Positions 33,646 to 43,853 of a stretch of 64,000 nucleotides of DNA are shown here, in pieces; position 1 is the first letter of the stretch, and every line of letters starts with the position of its first letter. A program made the translations under genes and the position numbers. The notes beneath the pieces were generated by a model, which ran no database searches, was not told the origin of the DNA, and saw nothing but the letters and a program-made list of their open reading frames with translations. Origin of the DNA: a virus. Lineage: Duplodnaviria > Caudoviricetes. The stretch spans positions 32,001-96,000 of the IMG/VR virus record IMGVR_UViG_3300032225_001437; one strand, written 5' to 3'.

Positions 33646-34847
33646 CCTTCAATTTTCCTTACATGATATTTGGCTTGGCTCACATGATCACGATAACGAT
33701 TGCCTGCACGATTCCAAGCCTCGCCTTTGCCTTCTAAGATGTCTACAATGCGATCTACCGTGCCATCAGTCCAATCCGAAATCAAGCCCATGTTGTGATG
33801 TGGTGACTGTAGTAAGTTTTCCAACTTATGGTAAGCATCGTCTATTGACCAAGGGACGTAAAGCCTATTAGGGTCATCTGCAAAAGTTTCAGGGAAACTG
33901 CGATAAGCAGGATATAGAACGTTGGCTCCGAGGGTATCTGCTTCACTGACAGTGTTCGAGACCCAATCTTGGAGAGCACAATTAAACAGCACACGAGTAT
34001 CGTTAAGGAGATCATAATAGTCGTTCTTCTTTAGATTTTCATGGATCACCAGTTTACCTTCACGTTCTAACTGACGAGCACGATCAATGTATTTGGAATT
34101 GTTACTGCGTAGCGGACCACCTTGGAAGATAGCAAATTCAATATCCTTATGGCGCCCTTGTGCATGATACATTTCGATCAAGTCCATGTAGAAATCTGGT
34201 TGTTTCTCTTGGTCAAACCTTGCGGCAAAGCCTACACGCTGTTTACGTTGGTCAAACGGTCGAATATTTTGCGAGCCACCTATACGCTCTAAAACTTCCG
34301 CTTTGCCGAATGCTAGTCCTGAGATATTGTAGATTGGCGCAGTCCAACCAGCAATACGCATATGAGCCACCATCTCCTCGTTAGTGGCTAGCACACCTGT
34401 TACAAATTGGTTAACCATCTTTTCATATGTTGACATCCACTCTGCCATACCCCAAACATGAACAAAATCATCGGGGTCAATGGCCTGAGCAAGACAGCGA
34501 ACAAAAATACGAGGACGCTGGCCAGCATCCACTTGATCGAGAATGTAAGGTAAGCTCTCGATACCGGGTTGAAACATGTCCTCAAAGTAGATAACATCTT
34601 CATTTGTAACTTCTCCGTTTCTCATCATTTGAACCAGGTTCATCATCTGGCTCATACCAAAATAACTGCGACCATGTGCATCAAGCACTTGCCCTACACT
34701 GATACTTTGAGTATTGTCAATAGTGGTACCTGAGACATAGACCACGTCTAGACCACGACGATCAAATACACGTCGATTCCATTCGGTTAGTTGTAGGGTA
34801 TATCGAGCCTCGTAACTTTCGAGTCCCATATAAAATAATTTACGCAT
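33642..34847 (-). CDS. GT-B (family 4-like) glycosyltransferase
   Basis: FAARFDQEKQP, VSEADTLG...YRSFPE. Confidence 0.75.
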   Translation of the reverse strand: MRKLFYMGLESYEARYTLQLTEWNRRVFDRRGLDVVYVSGTTIDNTQSISVGQVLDAHGRSYFGMSQMMNLVQMMRNGEVTNEDVIYFEDMFQPGIESLPYILDQVDAGQRPRIFVRCLAQAIDPDDFVHVWGMAEWMSTYEKMVNQFVTGVLATNEEMVAHMRIAGWTAPIYNISGLAFGKAEVLERIGGSQNIRPFDQRKQRVGFAARFDQEKQPDFYMDLIEMYHAQGRHKDIEFAIFQGGPLRSNNSKYIDRARQLEREGKLVIHENLKKNDYYDLLNDTRVLFNCALQDWVSNTVSEADTLGANVLYPAYRSFPETFADDPNRLYVPWSIDDAYHKLENLLQSPHHNMGLISDWTDGTVDRIVDILEGKGEAWNRAGNRYRDHVSQAKYHVRKIEG

Positions 34848-35556
34848 TATAATACCTTTCTTCTAGTAGTTCTAAAATTTTATCTGCCATTTTGTAATGA
34901 CCTTGATCGTTAGGATGTCGGGTATCGTCGTAGTCAACATTTGCATCTAATAATTTACTTAGGGCTGTTTCGGTATACGGCCAATTTTTACTTAATTCTT
35001 TAAATTTTTCAAACGCACGAGTATATTCTTCGGAGTGATATGTTTTTTTTGGATACCGCTTGCTTACGTAATTATAAATGTTTTCGTCGGATTTAAGCAA
35101 CCCCAGTTTCTCCAGTTCTTCGTCCCAGGCTTGAACAAAGATATATGGACAGTCAAATTGCTTACAAAGTAAATCCATAGTCCATATATCTCGATAATAT
35201 CTATACACACTGTCTATTTCATTATAGCTATGCCTAATCATTAAATCTCTAAGCTGATCGTTACTTTCGCCAGTGCGATCATTGCGAGCAACATGCGGAC
35301 TGATACTCCATGCGCCAAAGTTTTCGGCTGGAATATGATATCGATTATGCACAGTCAATGCTATAATGATTAGTTCTGGTTTTAGCCCAAGAATAAGTTG
35401 ATTTCTTAAACAGTCGACTATTCTGGAATTACTGCCACAGCCAACGGATTCATTGTAACAAGATTTGTTTAACTTTTTTGCAACAATGTTTGGCCAAATA
35501 GTTTCCAGTTGTAAATTTTTATTCCAAGTCCAACTGTCGCCATTGACATATATCAT
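34840..35556 (-). CDS. SGNH/GDSL-like hydrolase
   Basis: YVNGDSW, GSNSRI, DTRHPNDQGH. Confidence 0.7.
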   Translation of the reverse strand: MIYVNGDSWTWNKNLQLETIWPNIVAKKLNKSCYNESVGCGSNSRIVDCLRNQLILGLKPELIIIALTVHNRYHIPAENFGAWSISPHVARNDRTGESNDQLRDLMIRHSYNEIDSVYRYYRDIWTMDLLCKQFDCPYIFVQAWDEELEKLGLLKSDENIYNYVSKRYPKKTYHSEEYTRAFEKFKELSKNWPYTETALSKLLDANVDYDDTRHPNDQGHYKMADKILELLEERYYNA

Positions 35557-35780
35557 TATCTACGATGACCTGCAAATCTGCGGCTGTCTTCGTCCCACAT
35601 ATTTTTGGCATTCTTGCCTTGTGTGAACTTGTTATACTGTTGCCAGGCATAACTGCGGAAGTTATACAAGTCTTCCTCTCGATACCTATAGCCGTAGTCA
35701 CGACAGAAATCTAGGTAGTTTGACAAATCCTCCAATGCTTGAAGAGCTCTAGGGTTTGCACGATATTGGGATTTACCCAT
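35556..35780 (-). CDS. hypothetical protein
   Basis: Start MGKSQY after AAGGA. Confidence 0.7.
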   Translation of the reverse strand: MGKSQYRANPRALQALEDLSNYLDFCRDYGYRYREEDLYNFRSYAWQQYNKFTQGKNAKNMWDEDSRRFAGHRR

Positions 35781-36372
35781 GATGTTTCCTTTTAAGGGTG
35801 GTTGATAATATTTTAAATACTTCTTTGTTGCCCTTGGCATCAAAATGATTCATTGAACCACCATTGGATGCAAAGAGATTATCAAAATTGATCATATTTT
35901 TAAACGTATAAATTGCGGTATAATCAATGTTGGCAATGTGGATCACTCGGTCTTGAACAGATTCAAGTAGTTGTTCAATTTCTTTACATAACATTCTATG
36001 TATGTCTTTTGCATAATCGAGATCAAAATAATTTTCAATATAATTCACAATAGGAACAAGATTTTTATTTTTAATGGCGTGTGCTTTTACGTCTGCGTAT
36101 AGCAAATCACAATTTTTGTGTAACGGATCATTGTGGTGCACCGGGTGAGTTTTAACATAGATTCTGTAAGGACTAGTGTGCGACACAATAATTCGATCGT
36201 ATGTATTTAGGTCAGTTGATTCAAGCTGTTTTAAAATTTTGTATTCGCTACATCCGGCCTGCGCCAAATTAACAACCTCATGTTGCTCGGCCAACATGTT
36301 TGGCCAGCCTTGACCCGGATGTTTGATAGTCCAATCGGCTGCAAAGCTATCACCGCAAATCAATATTTTCAT
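35773..36372 (-). CDS. SGNH/GDSL-like hydrolase
   Basis: ICGDSF, AQAGCSE, MNHF...GN. Confidence 0.65.
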   Translation of the reverse strand: MKILICGDSFAADWTIKHPGQGWPNMLAEQHEVVNLAQAGCSEYKILKQLESTDLNTYDRIIVSHTSPYRIYVKTHPVHHNDPLHKNCDLLYADVKAHAIKNKNLVPIVNYIENYFDLDYAKDIHRMLCKEIEQLLESVQDRVIHIANIDYTAIYTFKNMINFDNLFASNGGSMNHFDAKGNKEVFKILSTTLKRKHHG

Positions 36373-36822
36373 TTAAATTACAATTGATTGCGTTGGACGG
36401 GTGAGGTTATAGTTGATTGTGCATCCGTTTTCACCGTCCTCGGATACTTCAATTGTTACAGCACGATTAGGATAACGTTCGGCTATTTGTAGATATAGGT
36501 CATCTGCAATCATCTCACAGCTTTTCCAGTCTAAAGCTAGAACGGTATTCGAACCGCTATACAACGCCTCGAGCCATCGTTTGAACTGGATAAACTCGAT
36601 GTCTCGGTCGTTATGGAACACATCGATTGACACCCGGAAATGAAAAATGTGCCTATGAGGACTAGCAAGAAACGATACATCATACTCTCCAGCTGTATTT
36701 AACTTGGGATCTGTAGCTGCCGCTGGGTAGCAATGAATTCCTTCTTTGCGGAACGTAACCCAGATCTGGCGCCCTGCAGCTTCTTTAATACGTTCAACGG
36801 TTTCTCTTTCTGCTTGTATCAT
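36373..36822 (-). CDS. dpdL: QueD-paralogous T-fold protein, DpdL-like (putative CDG decarboxylase)
   Basis: LASPHRHIF (LxxxHRHxF), RDIEF, SCEMIA, VSEDGENG. Confidence 0.7.
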   Translation of the reverse strand: MIQAERETVERIKEAAGRQIWVTFRKEGIHCYPAAATDPKLNTAGEYDVSFLASPHRHIFHFRVSIDVFHNDRDIEFIQFKRWLEALYSGSNTVLALDWKSCEMIADDLYLQIAERYPNRAVTIEVSEDGENGCTINYNLTRPTQSIVI

Positions 36823-37148
36823 TTTTGCAATAACTCCATAGTTACAATTTTACCAATAGATTCCGACAAGTCTTGATCCGACGTGACAATGTGTAATTTA
36901 ACACGACTCTCATCTTTCTTCGGATCATACCACCGAGTCTCGATAATGGTACCACCGTTAACAGCCTGCACACTGAACCTAATAGGATCTGGTAGGTCTA
37001 TACCAGGGCTTTCATTGTCACACATAGCAAGAGAATTGGCTATAGCACCACGTCCTTTTCGACGAGCTACTTTAACTTCATCCTCTCTAATATCGCGATT
37101 GAAATCCCAGCCCCATTTCATCAAGTTTGACCATAGCCATCTAATCAT
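36819..37148 (-). CDS. hypothetical protein
   Basis: ORF in an overlapping gene run. Confidence 0.7.
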   Translation of the reverse strand: MIRWLWSNLMKWGWDFNRDIREDEVKVARRKGRGAIANSLAMCDNESPGIDLPDPIRFSVQAVNGGTIIETRWYDPKKDESRVKLHIVTSDQDLSESIGKIVTMELLQK

Positions 37149-37660
37149 TGTATTACCTCATCTTTGGTATATTTAGACCAGTCAGTGAACACTGATCGTT
37201 TTTGTAAGCTGTGTAGACTGTGACACCACACACCTGGATTGGTTGCAGCAAAATCCTTGTCATCGATTTTGAGAGTGGCATTGTAGCCAAACTGTCGGAT
37301 ATAAGGAAGTTTAACACTGATCATTGGAATAAAGTTATGAGACTCTACCAGACCAGACTCTAACAATCCTTCGGCCTGTGCATGATCCAAATCAAGAGTG
37401 CATAGCCACTTGTCTTCTAGGCAGTCTTGAATCATCATTTCCCAATCACGCCAGGCATCTGCATCATTGATCTCCAGTGCTGGAAAACTTTGATTGGCAC
37501 CAAAATAGATGTGTTCGCAATCATTATTCATGGCTTCTTGACGAATAATTTGTGAATCTTGTAGACCCACTACAAATAGTGTGCGCTTTCCAAATGCAGG
37601 GGTGTGTTCAACTTCAGTTCCTACAAAGAAACTGACATTATCGTGTCCATCTCTATTCAT
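37145..37660 (-). CDS. hypothetical protein adjacent to the TGT/DpdA-like gene
   Basis: FFVGTEVEHTPAFG, HIYFGANQSF, IDDKDFAATNPGVWCH. Confidence 0.75.
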   Translation of the reverse strand: MNRDGHDNVSFFVGTEVEHTPAFGKRTLFVVGLQDSQIIRQEAMNNDCEHIYFGANQSFPALEINDADAWRDWEMMIQDCLEDKWLCTLDLDHAQAEGLLESGLVESHNFIPMISVKLPYIRQFGYNATLKIDDKDFAATNPGVWCHSLHSLQKRSVFTDWSKYTKDEVIQ

Positions 37661-39384
37661 TATGCTTGATCTTGTTCTAGTTGATCTAATCGGGCCAGTT
37701 GGTCCGGGCTAAACTCTTCATCTAATTGTATATTATCTTCGCCTTCGCTGTCAACATCAACTTCTTCAAACAAGGCATTAAATTGACTGTGTGCGTTTTT
37801 GGCCTTTTTACCTTTGAATCCACGTGTGCCCACAATGTCCATCCAATAACGGTCATAGTGTTCGATAATGGCTTCGGCTTCGTCACGGTCTGGTGTGGCA
37901 AAGATAGCATCCACAATGTCTTTGAATCGGGCATGATCTCCATTTTGGTTCCACATCATAGCCGGCCACGATCCGTTGTCATATTCGCGATTGGCTCGCT
38001 GAACCGCTTCCAAGTGCATCCAAACATTGTGACCCATTAACAATGCGTAGCTAAAACTGTCCCACGAAGTCTTGCCTTCTTTGCCAATCTTGTTTAACAT
38101 ACCTGGTTGATAGTAACAAACGTCTTTCATTTGTAACTGTAAACTGATTGGGCTTTCGTCAAAGTGATCGACTAACTTATCAGCCACTACGGCCTGACCG
38201 TATGGGCGTTTATCTGTGCTATATTTTTTGTCATCAGCAATAGGACTCATACGATAACACCACTTGTCGTTGTGTGGAAGATCAATATGGTGATACACCT
38301 GACCATTTGCAGTAGCAAGGAATGGTGACGCACAGTCAAAGCTGATGGTGAATGCCGGATTGACATACTTTCTTACCGCACGTTGTATGTCTGTGAGCAA
38401 TACTGCCCACTCCAACTTACTGGTTCCCAAGAAGTGCATCCAGTCATGAACGCCTTCTCGGAGTAATCCATCATGACGTAGCGCAACAAGTCTGCGTAAT
38501 ACAAGATGCACATCACACATGTTCTGACCACCCATACTCCATCCATCAAAGTGTGTGTCGGGATATAAGTTAGGATCACAATAGTGTTTCATTGTGTCAT
38601 ACCAACGATCTGCATCAGCATGGTTGGCACCCTGTAGAACGTTGAGCACTTTCATACCACCGTTCCGAGCACCCTTGCGGTGCCGCATGTAATAGTCGTT
38701 GTTATACTTGGTGGCGGCCACTGCTTCTTCTAGGGTGGTAATACCGCATTTGTCACTGGCATTTTTATCATGTATGACCCAGGTTGGAATATCCAATGTC
38801 ATTCCATAGTCAGCGACACCATCTAACCACTTGACCACTGCTTCTCGTTTCTTCTGTGCAGCATCTAGCAAGTTCTGATAGTTCTTGGCATGATCAATTT
38901 TGACATACTTCTTGTTGCCATTCTTATCATGCTTGGCGGTGCCATCGGGTTTGAGATCCAGCACATGTTCAATACCCTTGGCCTTGAGTTCGGCCATCTT
39001 GGTCATGACCTCTGGACTAGTTGGATCTCGCCACTCACCTTCCCACAGGCCTTTAGCAATCTGGAATCCACCCGAGTCACCCAACATTACAGTGCCAGGT
39101 TCACGATTACGAACCATATCTTCTGACCAATCTTGCTTGGTAAGATCCAAGTTGGCATGACCACCTGAATACAATGACCACCGGTATGGAAATAAACCTT
39201 TGGCACTATTGAGCCAATTTATCTGTTCCATGTCTTTGATTCCGGCTGGCATACGTGCCGGATCCACATATGGACCATTGACAGGATCACGTTGTTTACC
39301 TATATAAGTGGCATAGAAGCCACTGATGGCTGGCAAGAACACAGCGTAATCGCTCTGCTTGGCTGTTAAGTTATCTTGGGTCAT
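37660..39384 (-). CDS. TGT/DpdA-like guanine transglycosylase
   Basis: GDSGGFQ, LDIP, LNVLQG, GWSMGG, MHFLGTS, SFDCASP; no C-terminal Zn-binding CxCxxC; start MTQDNL. Confidence 0.8.
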   Translation of the reverse strand: MTQDNLTAKQSDYAVFLPAISGFYATYIGKQRDPVNGPYVDPARMPAGIKDMEQINWLNSAKGLFPYRWSLYSGGHANLDLTKQDWSEDMVRNREPGTVMLGDSGGFQIAKGLWEGEWRDPTSPEVMTKMAELKAKGIEHVLDLKPDGTAKHDKNGNKKYVKIDHAKNYQNLLDAAQKKREAVVKWLDGVADYGMTLDIPTWVIHDKNASDKCGITTLEEAVAATKYNNDYYMRHRKGARNGGMKVLNVLQGANHADADRWYDTMKHYCDPNLYPDTHFDGWSMGGQNMCDVHLVLRRLVALRHDGLLREGVHDWMHFLGTSKLEWAVLLTDIQRAVRKYVNPAFTISFDCASPFLATANGQVYHHIDLPHNDKWCYRMSPIADDKKYSTDKRPYGQAVVADKLVDHFDESPISLQLQMKDVCYYQPGMLNKIGKEGKTSWDSFSYALLMGHNVWMHLEAVQRANREYDNGSWPAMMWNQNGDHARFKDIVDAIFATPDRDEAEAIIEHYDRYWMDIVGTRGFKGKKAKNAHSQFNALFEEVDVDSEGEDNIQLDEEFSPDQLARLDQLEQDQA

Positions 39385-39388
39385 CAAC

Positions 39389-40111
39389 TTATTTAGATTG
39401 TGCTGGAATGATATAAGTGTAAGTTGCCAGCCCTGAATCCACAGTGATCTGAGCAGCTCCGTCATCACTGATACGCATGACCTTGTCACCAGTTAAATCA
39501 AGAATACTGATTACAGTTTTGATCGGCCACGACCATGTGCGTTTAAGTGTTCCGCTTACACCAGGTTGGAATACAAAGTTGCCAGCGTGTGTGCTGTGGT
39601 CACCAAAGAAAAACTTCAGGTCGCCATTTTCTGTCTTGGCTTGAAAGTTGACTTCTTCGGCGTTGGCCTGTGCCTGCATCTTAAGACGTTGGATAGCGGC
39701 CACAGTGGGTTCAAATTCAATATGCCAGTTGACACCTTTGAATTTGACTGTCTTGGCTTTTTCGGTCACGATCTCACTGGCCATAAAACGATAGGTATTT
39801 TTAAAATCCTTGGTGGCATTTTGAAAACTAATACCATCAGGCTCACCAGTTGATTTCTTGGTAACACTAAGTTCGGCACCTTCTCGATACTCTGGCAAAT
39901 TCAAAAGAATATTAAGTTTTGCCAAGTTTGGCATACCAAACAGGCCAATAAATTCTGGAACTGGATTGGCATACTTGCCTTCTACCACTACGCTACGATC
40001 TTCAGCAACACCAAAAATTTCGGTCGTTTTGTCGTCGCCTGTGATCTTAACCAGGTCGATACAACCTAATTTCAATGTGTGTTCTACTAAGTCTAGTAAA
40101 TGATCTTTCAT
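39389..40111 (-). CDS. putative sliding clamp (gp45-like)
   Basis: About 240 aa, two-domain alpha/beta pattern ending YTYIIPAQ; near the DNA polymerase; AAGGAG SD. Confidence 0.55.
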   Translation of the reverse strand: MKDHLLDLVEHTLKLGCIDLVKITGDDKTTEIFGVAEDRSVVVEGKYANPVPEFIGLFGMPNLAKLNILLNLPEYREGAELSVTKKSTGEPDGISFQNATKDFKNTYRFMASEIVTEKAKTVKFKGVNWHIEFEPTVAAIQRLKMQAQANAEEVNFQAKTENGDLKFFFGDHSTHAGNFVFQPGVSGTLKRTWSWPIKTVISILDLTGDKVMRISDDGAAQITVDSGLATYTYIIPAQSK

Positions 40112-40130
40112 ATATTTCTCCTTGTGTTTG

Positions 40131-40159
40131 ATTATACTGGGTTTATTTAGATTTTGCAA
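40131..40159 (-). promoter_or_regulatory. sigma70-type promoter with an embedded TAAATA
   Basis: TTGCAA-aatctaaataaacccag-TATAAT. Confidence 0.65.
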
Positions 40160-41120
40160 CGGGTTTAGGTAATATTTTTGCTAAACTTTGTCCACCACGC
40201 AATGAACTTAACTCGCCGGATTTTTGAAATTCTATCCATACACTGGGACCGCTAGACTGATGACAAAATATTTCTTCAAATCCTAAATAGTTTGCCCAAC
40301 CTCTAACTAACGAGCCTGGAGTATAACCGGTGATTCCTTGTTCAACTGCCTGCATGGCCTGGTAACGATCGCAATCATTGAATGTCATGGCCACCACCCC
40401 ACCTGGCAACAATTTTTGATAAATTTCTTCAAGATATATTTTCACCAATTCAAACGGACGATAATCTAGATAATTATAGACCAAACAAAACCCAATTTGT
40501 TGATCGGGCAATCGATTTAAAATTGGATGATTGAATGATTCTTTGATTGCATAAGGACGCAGTCTATTTTGATATACTGGATTAAATTGTTCTATAGTAG
40601 GCTCTAATAGGTAATGACTTTCATCCACCAGATACAATGGATCACTTGCGGTCATTTCGTGTATGAACGGCTCTAGCATTGGATGTATAATCATAGCCGG
40701 ATGTCGCCAATCACAGTAAGTAGCAACGCGACTTTTTAATATTGATTCTGTTTCTGCGTCTTTTCGAATTGGTTTATTGCGATGTAATCCTAGATATTCT
40801 TCCGTTTGTGCATATTCAGTTTCTAGAAATTTTTCGTATTCAGTATAGTTTCGATGTAACCATGCCTGTCCTTGGTTGGCAATCAAGCGTTGCACCTCAG
40901 ATTTTAACTCGGCTAATTCTTCATTGATGCTGACAAACATTGATTGCAATGCATGATTTTTTTCTTTTAATCTTTGTTGAAATTCAATATCAACGCCAGC
41001 GTCCGGCACATCAACACGGTCAATGATCAACTCAAATCTACCACTAGATTCTTGTTGAAGATCCTGCATAGTCAACTCTTCCAGGTGATTATTTAAGCGT
41101 ATCAGTTCAGTTAAATTCAT
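40143..41120 (-). CDS. coiled-coil plus SAM-methyltransferase-like protein
   Basis: LEEIYQKLLPGGVVAMTFND resembles class I MTase motif; degenerate motif I. Confidence 0.5.
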   Translation of the reverse strand: MNLTELIRLNNHLEELTMQDLQQESSGRFELIIDRVDVPDAGVDIEFQQRLKEKNHALQSMFVSINEELAELKSEVQRLIANQGQAWLHRNYTEYEKFLETEYAQTEEYLGLHRNKPIRKDAETESILKSRVATYCDWRHPAMIIHPMLEPFIHEMTASDPLYLVDESHYLLEPTIEQFNPVYQNRLRPYAIKESFNHPILNRLPDQQIGFCLVYNYLDYRPFELVKIYLEEIYQKLLPGGVVAMTFNDCDRYQAMQAVEQGITGYTPGSLVRGWANYLGFEEIFCHQSSGPSVWIEFQKSGELSSLRGGQSLAKILPKPVAKSK

Positions 41121-41121
41121 G

Positions 41122-43779
41122 TTACCACTCAAATAATGTTTGGAAAGTATTCTCTGTGTTAGTGGCGCTGGCCAGATCCCATTCTAACACACCCAATAAG
41201 TTGTCTAACTTTTGATCTACCACTGTGGCTTCCATTTCGGCATGATCAAATGGAAGATCTTTAAACCATTGTGGAATATGTGTTTCATCTGTTGGGTAAC
41301 CAATACTGGTCCAGCCCAACGGGTTACTCTTGAGCTTACACACAATGGTTTTCATGCCGTCTACAATTTGCATACTATACTTGTCGCCATTCATTCTACG
41401 CAAGTTATTCCAGTTAAGTGCAGCTCGAACGTGTCCTGGCATGTTGGCTTTGCCTAAACGTTCTTCTTCCTTGCCATACTTGGTCAAATTATTAACACGC
41501 TTGGGACTGCCTTTTTCCCAACCTGGACGCTCTTTGAACTTGTATTTGAACTCACGAATCTTTTCAATGATGTCTTCACGACTGGTGCCAACAAGCACCT
41601 CATCTAGAATTTGACTTAAGAACTCTTGAATAACTTTGGGAGTGTCACTGCGCTTTAAATCAAGACCCATGGCTTTGACTTTACCGGGACTTCCGTGTGT
41701 GTCTACCCGTTTATTCTCTTTGTCGTAATACATGACAGCATAACGTTTCTTGGTAATAAACAGGCCCTTGCTGGCAACAATCTCACGTCCGCCTTTGATT
41801 ACTGAACCCATCTCACGTGGGACATGGAATGCAGTTTCCATAAATCCAGGAAAACTTTCGTTAACTTGGTCAGCAATCGAATTATACAACTGAACAGCAA
41901 TTTCTCTTGACCATTGCATGGTACCTGCTTCGATTTCTTTTTGCAACACCGGGTATGCTGTAAAATAACACGAGTCTGTGTCACCGTAGATAATGGCTTC
42001 ACCCACATGGTCATATTTGCCAGTAATACATTCGTTTACATAAGCATCCATGTGCTTGGCAATAGCACGGCCTGTCAATGTAGTCGACTGTCCAATGCGT
42101 TTGTCAAAGAAACGGCAACCCGGATTAAGAATAGCGCCATACAAACTGTTCAGGTTAATTTTCTTAACCAATTGACGTTTGTCCCAATACTCTTCATCTT
42201 CTGCATTTTTTGCCTCTTTTAGTCGGGCCTGCATTTCTTTACGTTCAGCATACCAACGTTTTAGCAAACCGGGGATAACTGCTTCTTTCTCAAAGGTAAA
42301 GATTGTACCATTGGCAGTAATCATCCAAGGCCGATTGCTGTCAAAAATAATACGCCAAACGTCGGCGGCACTGTGGATCGACTCTTCGCCGTCCTGCCAG
42401 TCAATGGTAATCTCGGTGCCAGGCTCCATGTTCATAACTGCGGTATATTCTAGTGTAGCAAACAAGCCTTCCCATGCTGCGGCAAAACTACTACCGCCAC
42501 GCATCTTGTCAGCAATATACCGATCAGTCATTACGGGGCGTAGTTGACCAACAATGGTTTCAGGACCCATGTTCAGCGCACGAATTGCACTGGGATAAAG
42601 ACTGTTGATGTCTATCGACCCAACGTATTCGTGGATGCCTTTACGGGGATAAGCAACATAGGCACCCGCAGCTTGTGTATCTTCGTCGGAATATCGTTCC
42701 TTGCGATTGGGCACAACTATACCACGTTCATGTGCTTCATTGATAATGGCCTGCTCAGTTACCGCAACAGCACCCATGGTCGTTTGTAGTAGCACAGTAT
42801 TTTCATGCGCCAGGGTGTTGGCAAGATCTAAAAACTTTAACTTCTTGTCCAGCTTGGCAAGAATCATTGTGTCTTGGCGGTTGTATTCAATGAACTTTTT
42901 AAAGTTTTGATTATACAGTTGATCCAGAGTGCCTTCAAACACTGTCTTGGTTTCTTGAAGCTCGTATTCAGCAATGGCATCTAAACTATAACTGTGTCGT
43001 TTTTCGTAGGTGTATTTGCGATACAGTTGCATATAGTCCATATGCACACGACCAATCAAGTCATAGGTTTCATTCTCTGCACCAAAGCGTTCAAATGTGC
43101 GTTTTTTAGGATATTGGTTCCACAAACAGAATCTGCGTGTGTCGTCTTTGCTAAGAATCCTAGTGACACGATTTACTGTGTAAGGTATATCGTAGCCTTC
43201 ACTGTTCCATCCCGACAAGGCATCTGCATCTTCAATGAGATCTAAAAATGTTTTTAACATCTCATCTTCACGTTCAAACACAATGCAGTTTTCAAACTCT
43301 CGAGCAATTTCATCTGCGGTTTCGCGACTCATGTGTTTGGGCGGAACCACAAGGGTGACCATTTGTTCTAGCCAGCTCAAATACACCGATATGGCTGTGA
43401 TAGCATTGAATGGATCGGTAGTTGGGCTAAAGCCACGTTCAGGATCAAAGTCAACTTCAATGTCGAAGAACGCTACGTTCAGTCGAGGACCGTCTTGGCC
43501 TTTGTAGTTTTCTTCTAGGCAACGAAAGATTGGATTGATATCCGACTCATACAGTTGCTTGCTGGACTGTATGCGAATTTCTTTGCGAAACTCTTTGTTG
43601 TTGCGTGTGCTGAATCTACTGACAGGTGTGCCAAATAGACTTTGGAATTTACCACGAGGATCCTCGTAATAAAAAACATAGTTGGCCGGATATTCTTGAT
43701 AGACTCTGCGTCCATCTCGCCGTTCAACTACATGAATACGATCGTGTTCACGATCATATAAGGCATCTACATAACTCAA
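41122..43779 (-). CDS. family B DNA polymerase (gp43-like)
   Basis: Exo motifs FDIEV, GWNSEGYD, YNRQD; pol motifs DINSLYPS, KINLNSLYG, YGDTDS, KKRY; TTG start. Confidence 0.97.
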   Translation of the reverse strand: MSYVDALYDREHDRIHVVERRDGRRVYQEYPANYVFYYEDPRGKFQSLFGTPVSRFSTRNNKEFRKEIRIQSSKQLYESDINPIFRCLEENYKGQDGPRLNVAFFDIEVDFDPERGFSPTTDPFNAITAISVYLSWLEQMVTLVVPPKHMSRETADEIAREFENCIVFEREDEMLKTFLDLIEDADALSGWNSEGYDIPYTVNRVTRILSKDDTRRFCLWNQYPKKRTFERFGAENETYDLIGRVHMDYMQLYRKYTYEKRHSYSLDAIAEYELQETKTVFEGTLDQLYNQNFKKFIEYNRQDTMILAKLDKKLKFLDLANTLAHENTVLLQTTMGAVAVTEQAIINEAHERGIVVPNRKERYSDEDTQAAGAYVAYPRKGIHEYVGSIDINSLYPSAIRALNMGPETIVGQLRPVMTDRYIADKMRGGSSFAAAWEGLFATLEYTAVMNMEPGTEITIDWQDGEESIHSAADVWRIIFDSNRPWMITANGTIFTFEKEAVIPGLLKRWYAERKEMQARLKEAKNAEDEEYWDKRQLVKKINLNSLYGAILNPGCRFFDKRIGQSTTLTGRAIAKHMDAYVNECITGKYDHVGEAIIYGDTDSCYFTAYPVLQKEIEAGTMQWSREIAVQLYNSIADQVNESFPGFMETAFHVPREMGSVIKGGREIVASKGLFITKKRYAVMYYDKENKRVDTHGSPGKVKAMGLDLKRSDTPKVIQEFLSQILDEVLVGTSREDIIEKIREFKYKFKERPGWEKGSPKRVNNLTKYGKEEERLGKANMPGHVRAALNWNNLRRMNGDKYSMQIVDGMKTIVCKLKSNPLGWTSIGYPTDETHIPQWFKDLPFDHAEMEATVVDQKLDNLLGVLEWDLASATNTENTFQTLFEW

Positions 43780-43784
43780 ATTGT

Positions 43785-43838
43785 TCTCCGTTTATGGCCG
43801 GTTGACCATGATTCATGTTCCTTACGGGAACGACTCGT
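43785..43838 (-). promoter_or_regulatory. structured 5' leader of the DNA polymerase gene
   Basis: GTTCC-CGTAA-GGAAC and ATGG-N8-CCAT hairpins immediately before the GGAG SD. Confidence 0.45.
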
Positions 43839-43853
43839 TGTTTACTAAAAATA

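Noticed and set aside
41122-43779. Intein or intron in the DNA polymerase
   Set aside because: The 885-aa ORF is continuous, of normal length, with all motifs and no splice-junction signature
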